Source: Longimicrobiales bacterium
GTDB lineage: Bacteria > Gemmatimonadota > Gemmatimonadetes > Longimicrobiales > Gaopeijiaceae
DNA length: 64,000 nt
NCBI GenBank assembly: GCA_965218255.1
Contig: CBDCKJ010000002.1
Location: forward strand, 297,288-361,287
Direction of reading: 5' to 3'
Position numbers and translations under genes: made by a program. How positions within the stretch are numbered: position 1 is the stretch's first letter; every line of letters begins with the position of its first letter. Shown piece by piece: positions 1 to 10,240 of the stretch. Below the pieces are notes generated by a model. That model searched no databases, was not told the origin of the DNA, and worked only from the letters and a program-made list of their open reading frames with translations.

Positions 1-731
1 ATCTCATCTTCCCGCACCACGAGGACGAGATCGCGCAGTCCGAGGGGGCAACGGGCGAGCGCTTCGCACGCCACTGGGTCCACGCGAAGCACCTCCGTGT
101 GGAGGGAAGGAAGATGTCCAAGTCGCTCGGGAACATCGTGAGCGTCAGCGCGCTCCTCGGCGAGGGCGTTTCCCCCGCGACGATCCGCCACCTCCTCCTC
201 TCCGCCCACTACCGGACGGAGCTCAACTTCACAAGAGAGGGGCTCGAGTCCTCGGGCCGGGCGGTAGGGCGCCTGCTCGACTTCGATACGCGCCTTCGCG
301 CCCACCCGGTTCGCACGGACGGGCCGGAGGCCGGGCTCCCGGAGGCCTCGGAGGAGGCGCTTGCCGCCTTCCGTGCTGCCCTCGACGACGACCTGAACGT
401 CTCTAAGGGGATCGCCGCCCTCTTCGGGTTCGTGAATCGGTGCAACGCCCGGCTCGACGCCCATCCGGTCCTCGCCGCGGCCGAACGGGACGCCGCCCTC
501 GCCGCCCTTGAGTCCGTCGACGAGGTCCTTGGCCTCCTCGAGGTGGGCGGGCGGGGGCGGGCCGTCGACCGCGACTTCGGCGAGTGGGTCGAGAAGCGGA
601 TCGAGGCCAGGATGCGGGCGCGTGCCGATCGCGACTGGGCGCTCGCTGACGCGATCCGCGACGAACTGGCGGCCGAGGGGATCGTCGTCGAGGACACCGC
701 CGCCGGGACGCGGTGGAAGCGAGAGCTGTGA
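1..731 (+). CDS. cysS: cysteine--tRNA ligase, C-terminal portion (5' end outside window)
   Basis: Frame 3 is open from the window edge. It translates LIFPHHEDEIAQSE...GRKMSKSLGN (class I aaRS KMSKS loop) and stops at 729-731. Confidence 0.9.
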   Translation, partial: LIFPHHEDEIAQSEGATGERFARHWVHAKHLRVEGRKMSKSLGNIVSVSALLGEGVSPATIRHLLLSAHYRTELNFTREGLESSGRAVGRLLDFDTRLRAHPVRTDGPEAGLPEASEEALAAFRAALDDDLNVSKGIAALFGFVNRCNARLDAHPVLAAAERDAALAALESVDEVLGLLEVGGRGRAVDRDFGEWVEKRIEARMRARADRDWALADAIRDELAAEGIVVEDTAAGTRWKREL

Positions 732-782
732 GGGCATTGACACTTCCCGTCGGCCTCACTACGATGGAAAGCTATTTTTCCT

Positions 783-855
783 GCTGACGTAGCTCAATCG
801 GTAGAGCAGCCGCCTTGTAAGCGGCAGGTTGTGGGTTCGAGTCCCTCCGTCAGCT
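783..855 (+). tRNA. tRNA-Thr (anticodon UGU)
   Basis: Cloverleaf read by eye: acceptor GCTGACG/CGTCAGC, anticodon stem GCCGC/GCGGC with loop CTTGTAA, T-loop TTCGAGT. One T-stem mismatch. Confidence 0.85.
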
Positions 856-945
856 CCTTCGCCGTGCACCGACTTCGTGGGGCCGCGGCGAAGCGTTTGT
901 GAAGGGTCGGCCATTTGCGAGGGCTTTGTCCTGCGCCGACCGTAC

Positions 946-1028
946 GGTGGGGTACCGAAGCGGTCAAACGGGGCAGACTGTAAATCTGCTGGCTAATGCC
1001 TTCGTAGGTTCGAATCCTACCCCCACCA
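946..1028 (+). tRNA. tRNA-Tyr (anticodon GUA), long variable arm
   Basis: Acceptor GGTGGGG/CCCCACC, anticodon loop CTGTAAA, long variable arm, T-loop TTCGAAT. Length 83 nt. Confidence 0.85.
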
Positions 1029-1099
1029 TGGCGAGCCGGCGCCAGGCACCTTGGAAACTCTGAATCGGGGAATACGGATCAGAATTGGCAGGGCGTCAT

Positions 1100-1173
1100 G
1101 CGGGAGTAGCTCAGTTGGCTAGAGCGTCAGCCTTCCAAGCTGAGGGTCGCGGGTTCGAGTCCCGTCTCCCGCT
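1100..1173 (+). tRNA. tRNA-Gly (anticodon UCC)
   Basis: Acceptor GCGGGAG/CTCCCGC, anticodon loop CTTCCAA, T-loop TTCGAGT. Coordinates cross-checked with the ORF 1085 frame. Confidence 0.85.
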
Positions 1174-1220
1174 TTCCGACTCCGGATCCTTCGGCAGCAC
1201 TCGGGCGGGTCGGTGGCGAG

Positions 1221-1292
1221 GCTCCGGTAGCTCAGTGGTAGAGCGCTTCCTTGGTAAGGAAGAAGTCGAGGGTTCAATTCCCTCCCGGAGCT
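1221..1292 (+). tRNA. tRNA-Thr (anticodon GGU)
   Basis: Acceptor GCTCCGG/CCGGAGC, anticodon stem CTTCC/GGAAG with loop TTGGTAA, T-loop TTCAATT. Same Thr-Tyr-Gly-Thr-tuf order as the E. coli thrU-tyrU-glyT-thrT-tufB cluster. Confidence 0.85.
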
Positions 1293-1390
1293 CTGCGGGT
1301 CCCTCTGGGGAGGGAGGGGGAAGGCGGGCTGTCCGGCCGTAGTCGAGGGCCAGGGCGTATCCGGGCTAGAGATCACGAGGGGAGAGAGAG

Positions 1391-2614
1391 GGAGACGGGG
1401 AGACGATGGCCAAGGCGAGATTCGAGCGAACGAAGCCGCATGTGAACGTGGGTACGATCGGGCACGTGGATCATGGGAAGACGACGCTGACGGCGGCGAT
1501 CACGTCGGTGCAGTCGAAGCTGGGAATGGCGGAGTATGTCTCGTTCGACAACATCGACAGGGCGCCGGAGGAGCGGGAGCGGGGGATTACGATTGCGACG
1601 GCGCACGTGGAGTACGAGACGGGAAACCGGCATTACGCGCATGTGGACTGTCCGGGGCACGCCGACTACGTGAAGAACATGATTACGGGCGCGGCGCAGA
1701 TGGATGGTGCGATCCTGGTGGTGAGTGCGGCGGACGGTCCGATGCCGCAGACGCGCGAGCACATCCTCCTTGCGAGGCAGGTGAATGTTCCGAACATCGT
1801 CGTGTACCTGAACAAGTGCGACATGGTGGATGACGAGGAGCTGCTGGAGCTGGTGGAGCTGGAGGTGCGCGAGCTTCTGAGCGAGTACGATTTTCCGGGC
1901 GACGACATCCCGGTTGTGCGGGGTTCGGCGCTTCAGGCGCTCGACAGCGGGGATCCGGAGGCGGAGGAGACGAGGAGCATCCAGGAGCTGATGGATGCGA
2001 TCGACGACTACATTCCGCAGCCTCTCCGGGATACGGACAAGCCCTTCCTGATGCCGGTCGAGGATGTGTTTACGATTACGGGTCGCGGTACGGTGGCGAC
2101 GGGTCGGATCGAGCGGGGCGTGATCAGGGTGGGTGAGAATGTGGAGCTGGTCGGGCTGAGTGCGAAGGAGGGGACGAAGACGGTGGTGACGGGAGTGGAG
2201 ATGTTCCGCAAGATGCTGGATCAGGGTGAGGCGGGAGACAATGCGGGGGTGCTGCTTCGGGGGACGAAGAAGGACGAGGTGGAGCGTGGGATGGTGCTTG
2301 CGAAGCCGAGTTCGATCACCCCGCACACGAAGTTCAAGGCGGAGGTCTACGTGCTGACGAAGGCGGAGGGGGGCAGGCACACGCCCTTCTTCGACGGCTA
2401 CCGGCCGCAGTTCTACTTTCGGACGACGGACGTGACGGGTTCGGCGCACCTGGGCGAGGGGGTGGAGATGGTGATGCCGGGCGACAACGTGCAGATGGAC
2501 GTCGAGCTGATCAGCCCGATTGCGATGGAGACGGAGCTTCGCTTTGCGATCCGGGAGGGTGGACGCACGGTCGGGGCCGGAGTGGTCACGGAGATCGTGG
2601 ACTGACAGAGAGGC
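1391..2614 (+). repeat. 1,224-bp direct repeat, copy A (tuf plus 15 bp upstream and 9 bp downstream); partner at 40543-41766
   Basis: Constant offset of 39,152 nt. Six-frame ORF translations on both strands are identical in the two copies. Flanks diverge at 1390/40542 and at 2615/41767. Confidence 0.85.
1406..2605 (+). CDS. tuf: elongation factor Tu (copy 1)
   Basis: 399 aa starting [28 protein letters not shown]. GTPase motifs [13 protein letters not shown] and NKCD. Confidence 0.97.
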   Translation: MAKARFERTKPHVNVGTIGHVDHGKTTLTAAITSVQSKLGMAEYVSFDNIDRAPEERERGITIATAHVEYETGNRHYAHVDCPGHADYVKNMITGAAQMDGAILVVSAADGPMPQTREHILLARQVNVPNIVVYLNKCDMVDDEELLELVELEVRELLSEYDFPGDDIPVVRGSALQALDSGDPEAEETRSIQELMDAIDDYIPQPLRDTDKPFLMPVEDVFTITGRGTVATGRIERGVIRVGENVELVGLSAKEGTKTVVTGVEMFRKMLDQGEAGDNAGVLLRGTKKDEVERGMVLAKPSSITPHTKFKAEVYVLTKAEGGRHTPFFDGYRPQFYFRTTDVTGSAHLGEGVEMVMPGDNVQMDVELISPIAMETELRFAIREGGRTVGAGVVTEIVD

Positions 2615-2648
2615 GAGGTGCTGACGACCGATCTCGGGAGATGCCGAT

Positions 2649-2801
2649 ATGCCACGTGACAGGGTTGCCCTCGCCTGCCCCAAGTGCCAGGAGAGGAACT
2701 ACAACTACAAGAAGAACAAGCGTCTCCACCCCGAGCGGGTGGCGTACCGCAAGTACTGCCCCAGGTGCCGGACGCACACGGTCCACAAGGAGACGAAATA
2801 G
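2649..2801 (+). CDS. rpmG: 50S ribosomal protein L33 (below the ORF-track length cutoff)
   Basis: Hand translation MPRDRVALACPKCQERNYNYKKNKRLHPERVAYRKYCPRCRTHTVHKETK. CxxC...CxxC zinc-ribbon type, in the canonical position before secE. Confidence 0.8.
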   Translation: MPRDRVALACPKCQERNYNYKKNKRLHPERVAYRKYCPRCRTHTVHKETK

Positions 2802-2806
2802 GGGAG

Positions 2807-3013
2807 ATGATTAGGCAGCTGAAAGGGATCGCCGGATTCGCCGAAGAGAGCTGGCACGAGCTCCAGCGCGTCACTTGGCCCGACTGGCCGCAGCTCAAGA
2901 ACGCGACGCTCGTCGTCATCGTCTTCTGCATCCTCGTGGCGCTTGTGATCTGGGTCATGGACATCGCATCCCGTACCGTGATCGATCTGATCATGGGGAT
3001 CTTCGGGGCGTAG
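2807..3013 (+). CDS. secE: preprotein translocase subunit SecE
   Basis: Internal ATG of ORF 2684-3013. 68 aa MIRQLKGIAGFAEESWHELQRVTWP followed by one TM helix. Lies between rpmG and nusG. Confidence 0.8.
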   Translation: MIRQLKGIAGFAEESWHELQRVTWPDWPQLKNATLVVIVFCILVALVIWVMDIASRTVIDLIMGIFGA

Positions 3014-3021
3014 GCGTATCG

Positions 3022-3588
3022 ATGGTGCACGAGGTGCCGGGGGTGCCCGAGGCGAAGTGGTACGCCGTCCAGAGCTATTCGGGGCACGAGAAGAAGGTTC
3101 AGCGTTTCGTGCAGCTGAAGATCGACGAGGAGGCGGGTGAGCTCCCCGAGGAGAAGGAGATCCAGGAGGTCCTCGTCCCCGTCCAGGAGGTCACCGAGAT
3201 CCGAAACGGGAAGCGGGTCAGCGTGACCCGCCGACTCTACCCCGGCTACGTCCTCGTGAAGATGATCCTGAACCAGCGGACGCAGCACGCCGTGAGCACG
3301 ATCCACGGGGTGATCAAGTTCGTCGGCTCGCAGCGGAATCCGCAGCCGCTCCGGGAGGACGAGATCAACAAGATCCTCGGGGTCGAGGTCGACGGGGCCG
3401 AGGAACGGGAGGAGGAGATCCCCTTCCAACCGGGTCAGGTCGTCGAGGTCACCGCCGGGCCCTTCACCGACTTCTCGGGGACAGTCCAAGAGGTCTACGC
3501 GGACAAGGGGAAGGTGAAGGTCGAGGTCTCGCTCTTCGGGCGGCCGACCTCGGTCGAACTCGACTTCACGCAGCTCCAGGGATACTGA
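3022..3588 (+). CDS. nusG: transcription termination/antitermination factor NusG
   Basis: Internal ATG (residue 50) of ORF 2875-3588. [26 protein letters not shown]... has NGN and KOW domain features; synteny supports the call. Confidence 0.9.
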   Translation: MVHEVPGVPEAKWYAVQSYSGHEKKVQRFVQLKIDEEAGELPEEKEIQEVLVPVQEVTEIRNGKRVSVTRRLYPGYVLVKMILNQRTQHAVSTIHGVIKFVGSQRNPQPLREDEINKILGVEVDGAEEREEEIPFQPGQVVEVTAGPFTDFSGTVQEVYADKGKVKVEVSLFGRPTSVELDFTQLQGY

Positions 3589-3595
3589 GGGGACA

Positions 3596-4021
3596 ATGGC
3601 CAAGAAGGTCGTCGGATTCATCAAACTTCACGTGCCGGGCGGACAGGCGAACCCTGCCCCGCCCGTCGGTCCTGCTCTCGGGCAGCACGGCGTGAACATC
3701 ATGGAGTTTTGCAAGCAGTTCAACGCGAAGACGCAGGGTCAGCAGGGCCTCACGATCCCCGCCGAGATCACCGTGTACGCCGACCGCTCCTTCACCTTCA
3801 TCACGAAGACGCCCCCCGCCTCCGTCCTGCTCAAGCGGGCCGTCGGCCTCGACAAGGGTTCCGGGGAGCCGAACCGGGAAAAGGTAGCGGCGGTCACGCC
3901 CGAGCAGCTGAAGGAGATCGCCGAGGCGAAGATGCAGGACCTGAATGCCGCAAGCGTCGACTCGGCGATCCGGATGATTGCCGGGACCGCGCGGAGCATG
4001 GGGATCACGGTAAAGGGGTAG
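3596..4021 (+). CDS. rplK: 50S ribosomal protein L11
   Basis: 141 aa [43 protein letters not shown]. Confidence 0.95.
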   Translation: MAKKVVGFIKLHVPGGQANPAPPVGPALGQHGVNIMEFCKQFNAKTQGQQGLTIPAEITVYADRSFTFITKTPPASVLLKRAVGLDKGSGEPNREKVAAVTPEQLKEIAEAKMQDLNAASVDSAIRMIAGTARSMGITVKG

Positions 4022-4134
4022 CCGCGTGCTCGCCTGCAGACCGGATGTGAACCGGCATCCGCTGTCTGCGTCCGCCGAACCACCCGCTGCGAGCCGCCAC
4101 GGGTGGGAGGACGACACGAGACGGCTCGATTTCG

Positions 4135-4836
4135 ATGCCTAGAAAGGGAAGGAAGACGAAGGAGGCGAGGGCGCGGGTGCCTGACGGCGCCCCCCTCCCG
4201 CCGGGAGGAGCGCTCGATCTCGTGAAGGAGCTTGCGTTTGCGCGCTTCGACGAGACGGTCGAGGTCGCAACGCGCCTCGGTGTGGATCCGAGGCGGGCGG
4301 ATCAGATCGTTCGGGGCACGGTGGTCCTCCCGCACGGGACGGGCAAGGAGGTCCGGGTCCTCGTGATCGCCGAGGGGGAGAAGGCGCAGGAGGCCACCGA
4401 AGCCGGGGCGGACTACGTCGGGCCGGACTACGTCGAGAGGATCAGGGAGGGGTGGCTTGATTTCGATGTGGCGGTTGCGACCCCGGACCAGATGCGCAAG
4501 GTGGGTCCGCTCGGCCGCATCCTCGGGCCACGAGGCCTGATGCCGACGCCTAAGGCCGGGACGGTCACGATGGACGTGGCCCGCGCGGTCAGGGAGATCA
4601 AGGCCGGGAAGATTGAGTTCCGGGTGGACCGTACGGGCAATGTCCACGCCCCGATCGGGCGGGTCTCGTTCGAGCGCGAGAGGCTCGAGGAGAATCTGAG
4701 CGCCTTCATGGACGCGATCCTCCGGGCGCGCCCGGCGGCGACGAAGGGGGCCTACGTTCACAGCGTCACGCTGTCGAGCACGATGGGCCCCGGTGTGTCG
4801 GTCGACGAGAACATCTTCCGCCGGAGAGGATCGTGA
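4135..4836 (+). CDS. rplA: 50S ribosomal protein L1
   Basis: 233 aa with typical L1 sequence ([33 protein letters not shown]). Confidence 0.95.
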   Translation: MPRKGRKTKEARARVPDGAPLPPGGALDLVKELAFARFDETVEVATRLGVDPRRADQIVRGTVVLPHGTGKEVRVLVIAEGEKAQEATEAGADYVGPDYVERIREGWLDFDVAVATPDQMRKVGPLGRILGPRGLMPTPKAGTVTMDVARAVREIKAGKIEFRVDRTGNVHAPIGRVSFERERLEENLSAFMDAILRARPAATKGAYVHSVTLSSTMGPGVSVDENIFRRRGS

Positions 4837-5378
4837 AGAGATCGGAGAAGGTGGCCTTCGTCGAGGACTTCCAGGAGCGGCTCCGGGAGACCCCGGTCTT
4901 CTACCTGACGGACTTCACGGGGCTCGACGTGCAGTCGATGACGGGGCTCAGGCGGCGTCTCAAGGACTCCGGCGCAGAGTTCCTAGTCGTCAAGAACCGG
5001 CTCCTTCTGCGGGCGCTCAGGGCGTTGGGCGAGGAGCTCCCGGACCTGAGCGAGCACCTTACCGGTCCGACGGGCGTCGTCTTCGGGACGCGCGGGCCCG
5101 TCGAGGCCGCGAAGGTCCTCAGCGACTTCGCGAAAGAGAACGCCTCGCGCCCCGTCTTCAAGGCCGGGGTCGTGGACGGGGCACTCGTCGATGCCGCCCA
5201 CTATGAGCGGCTGGCGAAGCTCCCGCCGATGGAACAGCTCTTTGCGATGCTCGCCGGAGCGATGGAGGGCAAGCTGCAGGAGTTCGCGGCGCTCGTCGAG
5301 GCGCTTCGCGAAGAGAGGGGGTCCGGGGAAGGGAACGGTGAGCCGGAAGGGGAGGAGTCCGGAGGCGGCGACGGGTAG
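4833..5378 (+). CDS. rplJ: 50S ribosomal protein L10
   Basis: 181 aa with a GTG start that overlaps the rplA stop by 4 nt. [17 protein letters not shown]... Confidence 0.9.
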   Translation: MKRSEKVAFVEDFQERLRETPVFYLTDFTGLDVQSMTGLRRRLKDSGAEFLVVKNRLLLRALRALGEELPDLSEHLTGPTGVVFGTRGPVEAAKVLSDFAKENASRPVFKAGVVDGALVDAAHYERLAKLPPMEQLFAMLAGAMEGKLQEFAALVEALREERGSGEGNGEPEGEESGGGDG

Positions 5379-5434
5379 CGGTACGGCCCGCCCCGAGGAG
5401 CGAGACAGGGAAATCGCAAGGAGAAAACACGAAG

Positions 5435-5812
5435 ATGGCTGCTATGAATCAGGACGAACTGCTCGACCAGATCGGAAACATGACCCTCCTTGAGCTCGCC
5501 GACTTCGTCGAGGCCTTCAAGGACAAGTTCAACGTGACGGCCGCCGTGGCCGTGGCCCAGACCGGCGTGCCGGCGGACGGCGCCGCCCAGGAGGAGGAGA
5601 AGCACGAGTTCGATGCCGTCCTCGTCGCGGTGGGGGGCAAGAAGATCCAGGTCATCAAGGCCGTGCGCCAGCTCACGACCCTCGGGCTCAAGGAGGCGAA
5701 GGAGCTTGTCGAGAGCGCGCCGGTGGCCGTGCGCGAGGGCGTCACGAAGGAACAGGCGGAGGAGGTGAAGGCGAAGCTCGAGGAGCAGGGGGCGACGGTC
5801 GAACTCAAGTAG
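5435..5812 (+). CDS. rplL: 50S ribosomal protein L7/L12
   Basis: 125 aa with Ala-rich hinge and C-terminal [12 protein letters not shown]. Confidence 0.95.
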   Translation: MAAMNQDELLDQIGNMTLLELADFVEAFKDKFNVTAAVAVAQTGVPADGAAQEEEKHEFDAVLVAVGGKKIQVIKAVRQLTTLGLKEAKELVESAPVAVREGVTKEQAEEVKAKLEEQGATVELK

Positions 5813-5957
5813 GAGTGAGCGACTCCGCCGGAATCATCGAGCCAGGGCGTACGGTGCGCCGGTGCGCGCGTGCCGTGCGACCGCGGCTTGAGCGAACCCG
5901 TACTTCATCCTACCGGACCCGGCCCGAGGGCCTCGTCCGACCAAGGGGGTAATCCAC

Positions 5958-8900
5958 TTGCAGACCGCAAACGCTTCCCGGCCCGTGGTGCAATTCTCCA
6001 AGCTGGCGGCGGTCATGCCGATGCCGAACCTGCTGGACGTTCAGCTCGGCTCCTTCGAGAACCTCATCGCGCGGGGAGAGGGGGTCGAGAACCCGTGGGA
6101 TTTCAGCCTCGACCGGGTGTTCGGCGAGATCTTCCCGATCACCGACGTGAACGAGAGGTTCACCCTCGAGTACGTCTCCGTAGACCTCGGCGAGCCGAAA
6201 TACCTGGTCGAGGAGTGCATCGAGCGGGACATGACGTACGCCTGCCCGCTGAAGGCCGTGCTCCGCCTCATCGTCTGGGAGGACGTAGACGATGGGGAGC
6301 GCCGGCCGAAGGACATCATCGAAAAGGAGGTCTATCTCGGGGATCTCCCCCTCCTGACCGAGCTCGGGACCTTCATCATCAACGGGGCGGAGCGGGTCGT
6401 GGTGAGCCAGATGCACCGCTCGCCGGGGGTCGTGTTCGAGGAAAGCATGCACCCGAACGGCTCGCGTCTCCACAGCGCGCGAATCATCCCCTTCCGCGGC
6501 TCCTGGGTCGAGTTCACGATCGACATCAACGATGTCTGCTACGTGCACATCGACAAGAAGAAGAAGTTTCCCGCGACCGCACTGCTTCGCGCCTTCGGGT
6601 ACGGCGCCGACAAGGACATCTTCGGCCTCTTCTACAAGGCCCGGCCGACGCGTCTGAAGAAGGCCCACTTCGGGCCGAACTCGGAGCTCCTAGGTGCGAT
6701 CCTTGCCGAGGATATCGTCGACAAGGAGACGGGCGAGGTCCTCGTCGAGCTCGGGAGCGCGCTCGATGAGGATGAGCTCATGCTGCTTCAGCGCCTCGGC
6801 AGACGGAGCGTCAAGTTCTACGTCTCCGAGGCGAAGACGGAGCGGGGCCAGAGCCAGATCGTCCAGCGTACGATCCAGAAGGATCCGACGGAGTCGGAGG
6901 CCGACGCGCTGTATGCGATCTACTCCCTGCTGCGGCCCGGGGAGGCGCCGAATGTGGAGACGGCCCGGGAAGCGCTCGAGAGCGTCTTCTTCAGCCCGAA
7001 GCGCTACGACCTCGGCCGCGTAGGGCGCTACAAGATCAACCAGCGCCTGGGTCTTGACACCCCCGAGACCACGACTGTCCTCACGCGCGAGGACTTCGTC
7101 TCCATCTTCGGCTACCTGCTCGACCTGAACGAGGGGCGGGGCTTCACCGACGATATCGATCATCTCGGGAACCGGAGGGTCCGGACCGTAGGGGAGCTCA
7201 TCGCGAACCAGCTCTCCGTCGGCCTCTCGCGCATGGCCCGGCTCGTTCGGGAGCGGATGTCGATCAACACCGATCCGGAGAAGATCTCGATCGACGACCT
7301 CGTGAACGCGCGCACGGTCTCGGCCGTGATCCAGGCCTTCTTCGGCTCGTCGCAGCTCTCCCAGTTCATGGACCAGACGAACCCGCTCGGCGAGTTGACG
7401 CACAAGCGGAGGGTCTCGGCGCTCGGCCCCGGCGGGCTCTCCCGGGAGCGGGCCGGCTTCGAGGTGCGCGACGTGCACTACTCGCACTACGGGCGGCTGT
7501 GCCCTGTCGAGACGCCGGAGGGCCCGAACATCGGCCTCATCTCCTCTCTCACGACGAATGCGAGAGTCAACCAGCTCGGCTTCATCGAGACCCCGTACCG
7601 CAGGGTCGTTGACGGGAGGGTCACCGAGGAGATCGAATGGCTCTCGGCCAACGAGGAGGAGGAGGCTCGGATCGCCCAGGCGAATGCCCCGCTCGATGCG
7701 GACGGCAACTTCGTCAAGGACCTGGTCCTCTGCCGGGAGCGGGGCGACTTTCCCCTCCTTCGCCCCGCGAAGATCGAGTACATGGACGTTGACACCGACC
7801 AGCTCGTCTCCGTCGCCGCGGCGCTCATTCCCTTCCTGGAGCACGACGACGCGAATCGCGCTCTCATGGGCTCGAACATGCAGCGCCAGGCCGTCCCCCT
7901 CCTCTTCACCGACGCTCCTCTCGTCGGTACGGGTCTGGAGGCGAAGGTCGCCACGGACTCGGGCGCCGTCATCACCGGGAAGCGGGGCGGCGACGTGGTG
8001 CGTGTGACGGCCGACGAGATCGTGATCGACACGGGCGCCGTCGGGGCGAAGAGGACCGACCAGCCGCTCGCCCGACTCGCGCAGTTCGACCGCTACCGGC
8101 TGAAGAAGTTCTGGCGCACGAACCAGGATACCGCGATCAATCAGCGCCCCCTGGTTCACGTCGGTGACTTGGTCGAGCCGGGGCAGATCATCGCCGACGG
8201 TCCCTCGACGGACCACGGGGAACTCGCGCTCGGCCGCAACCTGACGGTCGCCTTCATGCCGTGGTTCGGCTACAACTTCGAAGACGCGATCACCCTCTCC
8301 GAGCGGCTTGTCAAGGGTGACGCGCTGACCTCGATACACATCCAGGAGCTCGAACTGCACGTTCGGGACACGAAGCGCGGGATGGAGGAGATCACGCGCG
8401 AGATCCCGAACGTGGCCGACGAGGCGCTCGTCGACCTCGACGAGCGGGGGATCGTGCGGATCGGTGCGCGGGTCCGATCGGGCGACGTCCTCTGCGGGAA
8501 GATCACCCCGAAGGGTGAGACGGAACTCTCCCCTGAGGAGAAGCTCCTCACGGCGATTTTCGGAGAGAAGGCGAAGGACGTGAAGGATTCCTCCCTCCGG
8601 GTTCCGCCGGGGATGGCGGGTGACGTGATCGAGGTGAAGGTCTTCTCCCGGCGGATCGATGACCCGCTCCTCGAGAGGGAGCACGGCACCCGGATCGGCG
8701 AGCTCAGGCAGTGGGAGCGCGACGAGGCGAAGCGGACGGCCGAGGCGAGGGACCAGGAGCTCCTGGAGCTGCTGCACCTGCAGACCGCATCGCTGATCCT
8801 GAGGAAGGGGACCGTCGAGCCGCTTGTGCCTCCGGGCACGAAGCTCACGAAGGCCGTCCTCGGCAAGCTCGCGCTTCGGAGCGTCGACCTGCGGGTGCTC

Positions 8901-10172
8901 AAGGTCGAGAACAAGGCGGTATCCGAGCGGATCCGGAGGCTCGTCGACGAGGCGCAGACCCGGATCGACGCCGTTAAGAGCCGGACGGAGGATCAGATCG
9001 ACAAGGTCTTTCAGCCGGACGATCTCCCCCCGGGCGTGGTGCAGCTCGTCAAGGTCTACATCGCGGAGAAGCGGAAGATCGCCGTCGGCGACAAGATGGC
9101 AGGCCGCCACGGGAACAAGGGGATCATTGCGCAGATCGCTCCGGAGGAGGACATGCCCTTCCTCCCGGACGGCTCCTCCGTGGACATCGTCCTGAATCCC
9201 CTCGGCGTCCCCTCCCGGATGAATGTGGGGCAGATCCTGGAGACGCACCTCGGGTGGGCCTCCCGGATCCTCGGTTTCGAGTCGAAGACGCCCGTCTTCC
9301 AGGGTGCATCGGAGGATGAGGTCGGACTCCTCATCAAGGTGGCCGGTCTTCGCTGGGCGAAGGAATCGAACGGCCTCGAGACCGAGTTTCCTCTCGAGGA
9401 TCCCGCCGATATCCCGAAGCTCATGCGAGCGACCTCCGTCCCCCGTTCGGGGCCCAGGCCCCGGGCGCGTGCGCCGCGCGCCGCCGGGGGCAATGGCGCC
9501 GGACGCGACGCAGGGGTCCGCGGCCTCGGCCGAAGCGCGGACGACTACCTGACGCTCGATCTCCCCGACGAGGTCCGGGCGCACTTCCAGGCGCTCGCGA
9601 AGTTCGTCGTCGATGCGTCGAAGGAGTGGGCGAAGCGGCTCGGCGAGAGGTTTACCGACGCCTTCCCGGCCGTAGCGGCGCTCGGAAGGAAGCGGAAGCT
9701 CGACGCCGGGCTCGACGCGGCGGTCGTCGAGTTCATGCTCCGGGCGGGGATCCGCCCGGACGGGAAGGTCTGGCTTCGGGACGGCCGTAGCGGTCGGCGA
9801 TTCGACTACCCCGTCACGGTGGGCTCGATCTACATGCTGAAGCTCGCGCATCTTGTCGACGACAAGATCCATGCGCGAAGCATCGGGCCGTATTCCCTCG
9901 TGACCCAGCAGCCTCTGGCCGGAAAGGCGCAGTTCGGGGGCCAGCGCTTCGGGGAGATGGAGGTGTGGGCGCTCGAGGCATACGGGGCGGGGCACACGCT
10001 TCAGGAGATCCTCACCGTCAAGTCGGACGACGTGGTGGGGCGCTCCAAGGTGTACGAGGCGATCGTGAAGGGGGAGAACCTTCCCGATCCCGGGATCCCA
10101 GAATCCTTCAACGTCCTCGTCAAGGAGCTCCAGGCGCTCGGCCTCTCGGTCACGCTTGGCCGTGACGAATAG
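5958..10172 (+). CDS. rpoB: DNA-directed RNA polymerase subunit beta (start codon uncertain, TTG at 5958 as in track)
   Basis: 1404 aa with conserved blocks ([44 protein letters not shown]). Contains an extra segment at about 9324-9758. Confidence 0.95.
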   Translation: MQTANASRPVVQFSKLAAVMPMPNLLDVQLGSFENLIARGEGVENPWDFSLDRVFGEIFPITDVNERFTLEYVSVDLGEPKYLVEECIERDMTYACPLKAVLRLIVWEDVDDGERRPKDIIEKEVYLGDLPLLTELGTFIINGAERVVVSQMHRSPGVVFEESMHPNGSRLHSARIIPFRGSWVEFTIDINDVCYVHIDKKKKFPATALLRAFGYGADKDIFGLFYKARPTRLKKAHFGPNSELLGAILAEDIVDKETGEVLVELGSALDEDELMLLQRLGRRSVKFYVSEAKTERGQSQIVQRTIQKDPTESEADALYAIYSLLRPGEAPNVETAREALESVFFSPKRYDLGRVGRYKINQRLGLDTPETTTVLTREDFVSIFGYLLDLNEGRGFTDDIDHLGNRRVRTVGELIANQLSVGLSRMARLVRERMSINTDPEKISIDDLVNARTVSAVIQAFFGSSQLSQFMDQTNPLGELTHKRRVSALGPGGLSRERAGFEVRDVHYSHYGRLCPVETPEGPNIGLISSLTTNARVNQLGFIETPYRRVVDGRVTEEIEWLSANEEEEARIAQANAPLDADGNFVKDLVLCRERGDFPLLRPAKIEYMDVDTDQLVSVAAALIPFLEHDDANRALMGSNMQRQAVPLLFTDAPLVGTGLEAKVATDSGAVITGKRGGDVVRVTADEIVIDTGAVGAKRTDQPLARLAQFDRYRLKKFWRTNQDTAINQRPLVHVGDLVEPGQIIADGPSTDHGELALGRNLTVAFMPWFGYNFEDAITLSERLVKGDALTSIHIQELELHVRDTKRGMEEITREIPNVADEALVDLDERGIVRIGARVRSGDVLCGKITPKGETELSPEEKLLTAIFGEKAKDVKDSSLRVPPGMAGDVIEVKVFSRRIDDPLLEREHGTRIGELRQWERDEAKRTAEARDQELLELLHLQTASLILRKGTVEPLVPPGTKLTKAVLGKLALRSVDLRVLKVENKAVSERIRRLVDEAQTRIDAVKSRTEDQIDKVFQPDDLPPGVVQLVKVYIAEKRKIAVGDKMAGRHGNKGIIAQIAPEEDMPFLPDGSSVDIVLNPLGVPSRMNVGQILETHLGWASRILGFESKTPVFQGASEDEVGLLIKVAGLRWAKESNGLETEFPLEDPADIPKLMRATSVPRSGPRPRARAPRAAGGNGAGRDAGVRGLGRSADDYLTLDLPDEVRAHFQALAKFVVDASKEWAKRLGERFTDAFPAVAALGRKRKLDAGLDAAVVEFMLRAGIRPDGKVWLRDGRSGRRFDYPVTVGSIYMLKLAHLVDDKIHARSIGPYSLVTQQPLAGKAQFGGQRFGEMEVWALEAYGAGHTLQEILTVKSDDVVGRSKVYEAIVKGENLPDPGIPESFNVLVKELQALGLSVTLGRDE

Positions 10173-10240
10173 CGCTCTGGGCGGCTCAGCCCCCCCGGCG
10201 CGAACATCAACACTCTACTCCCATTCAGGGTGTCTAGCGC

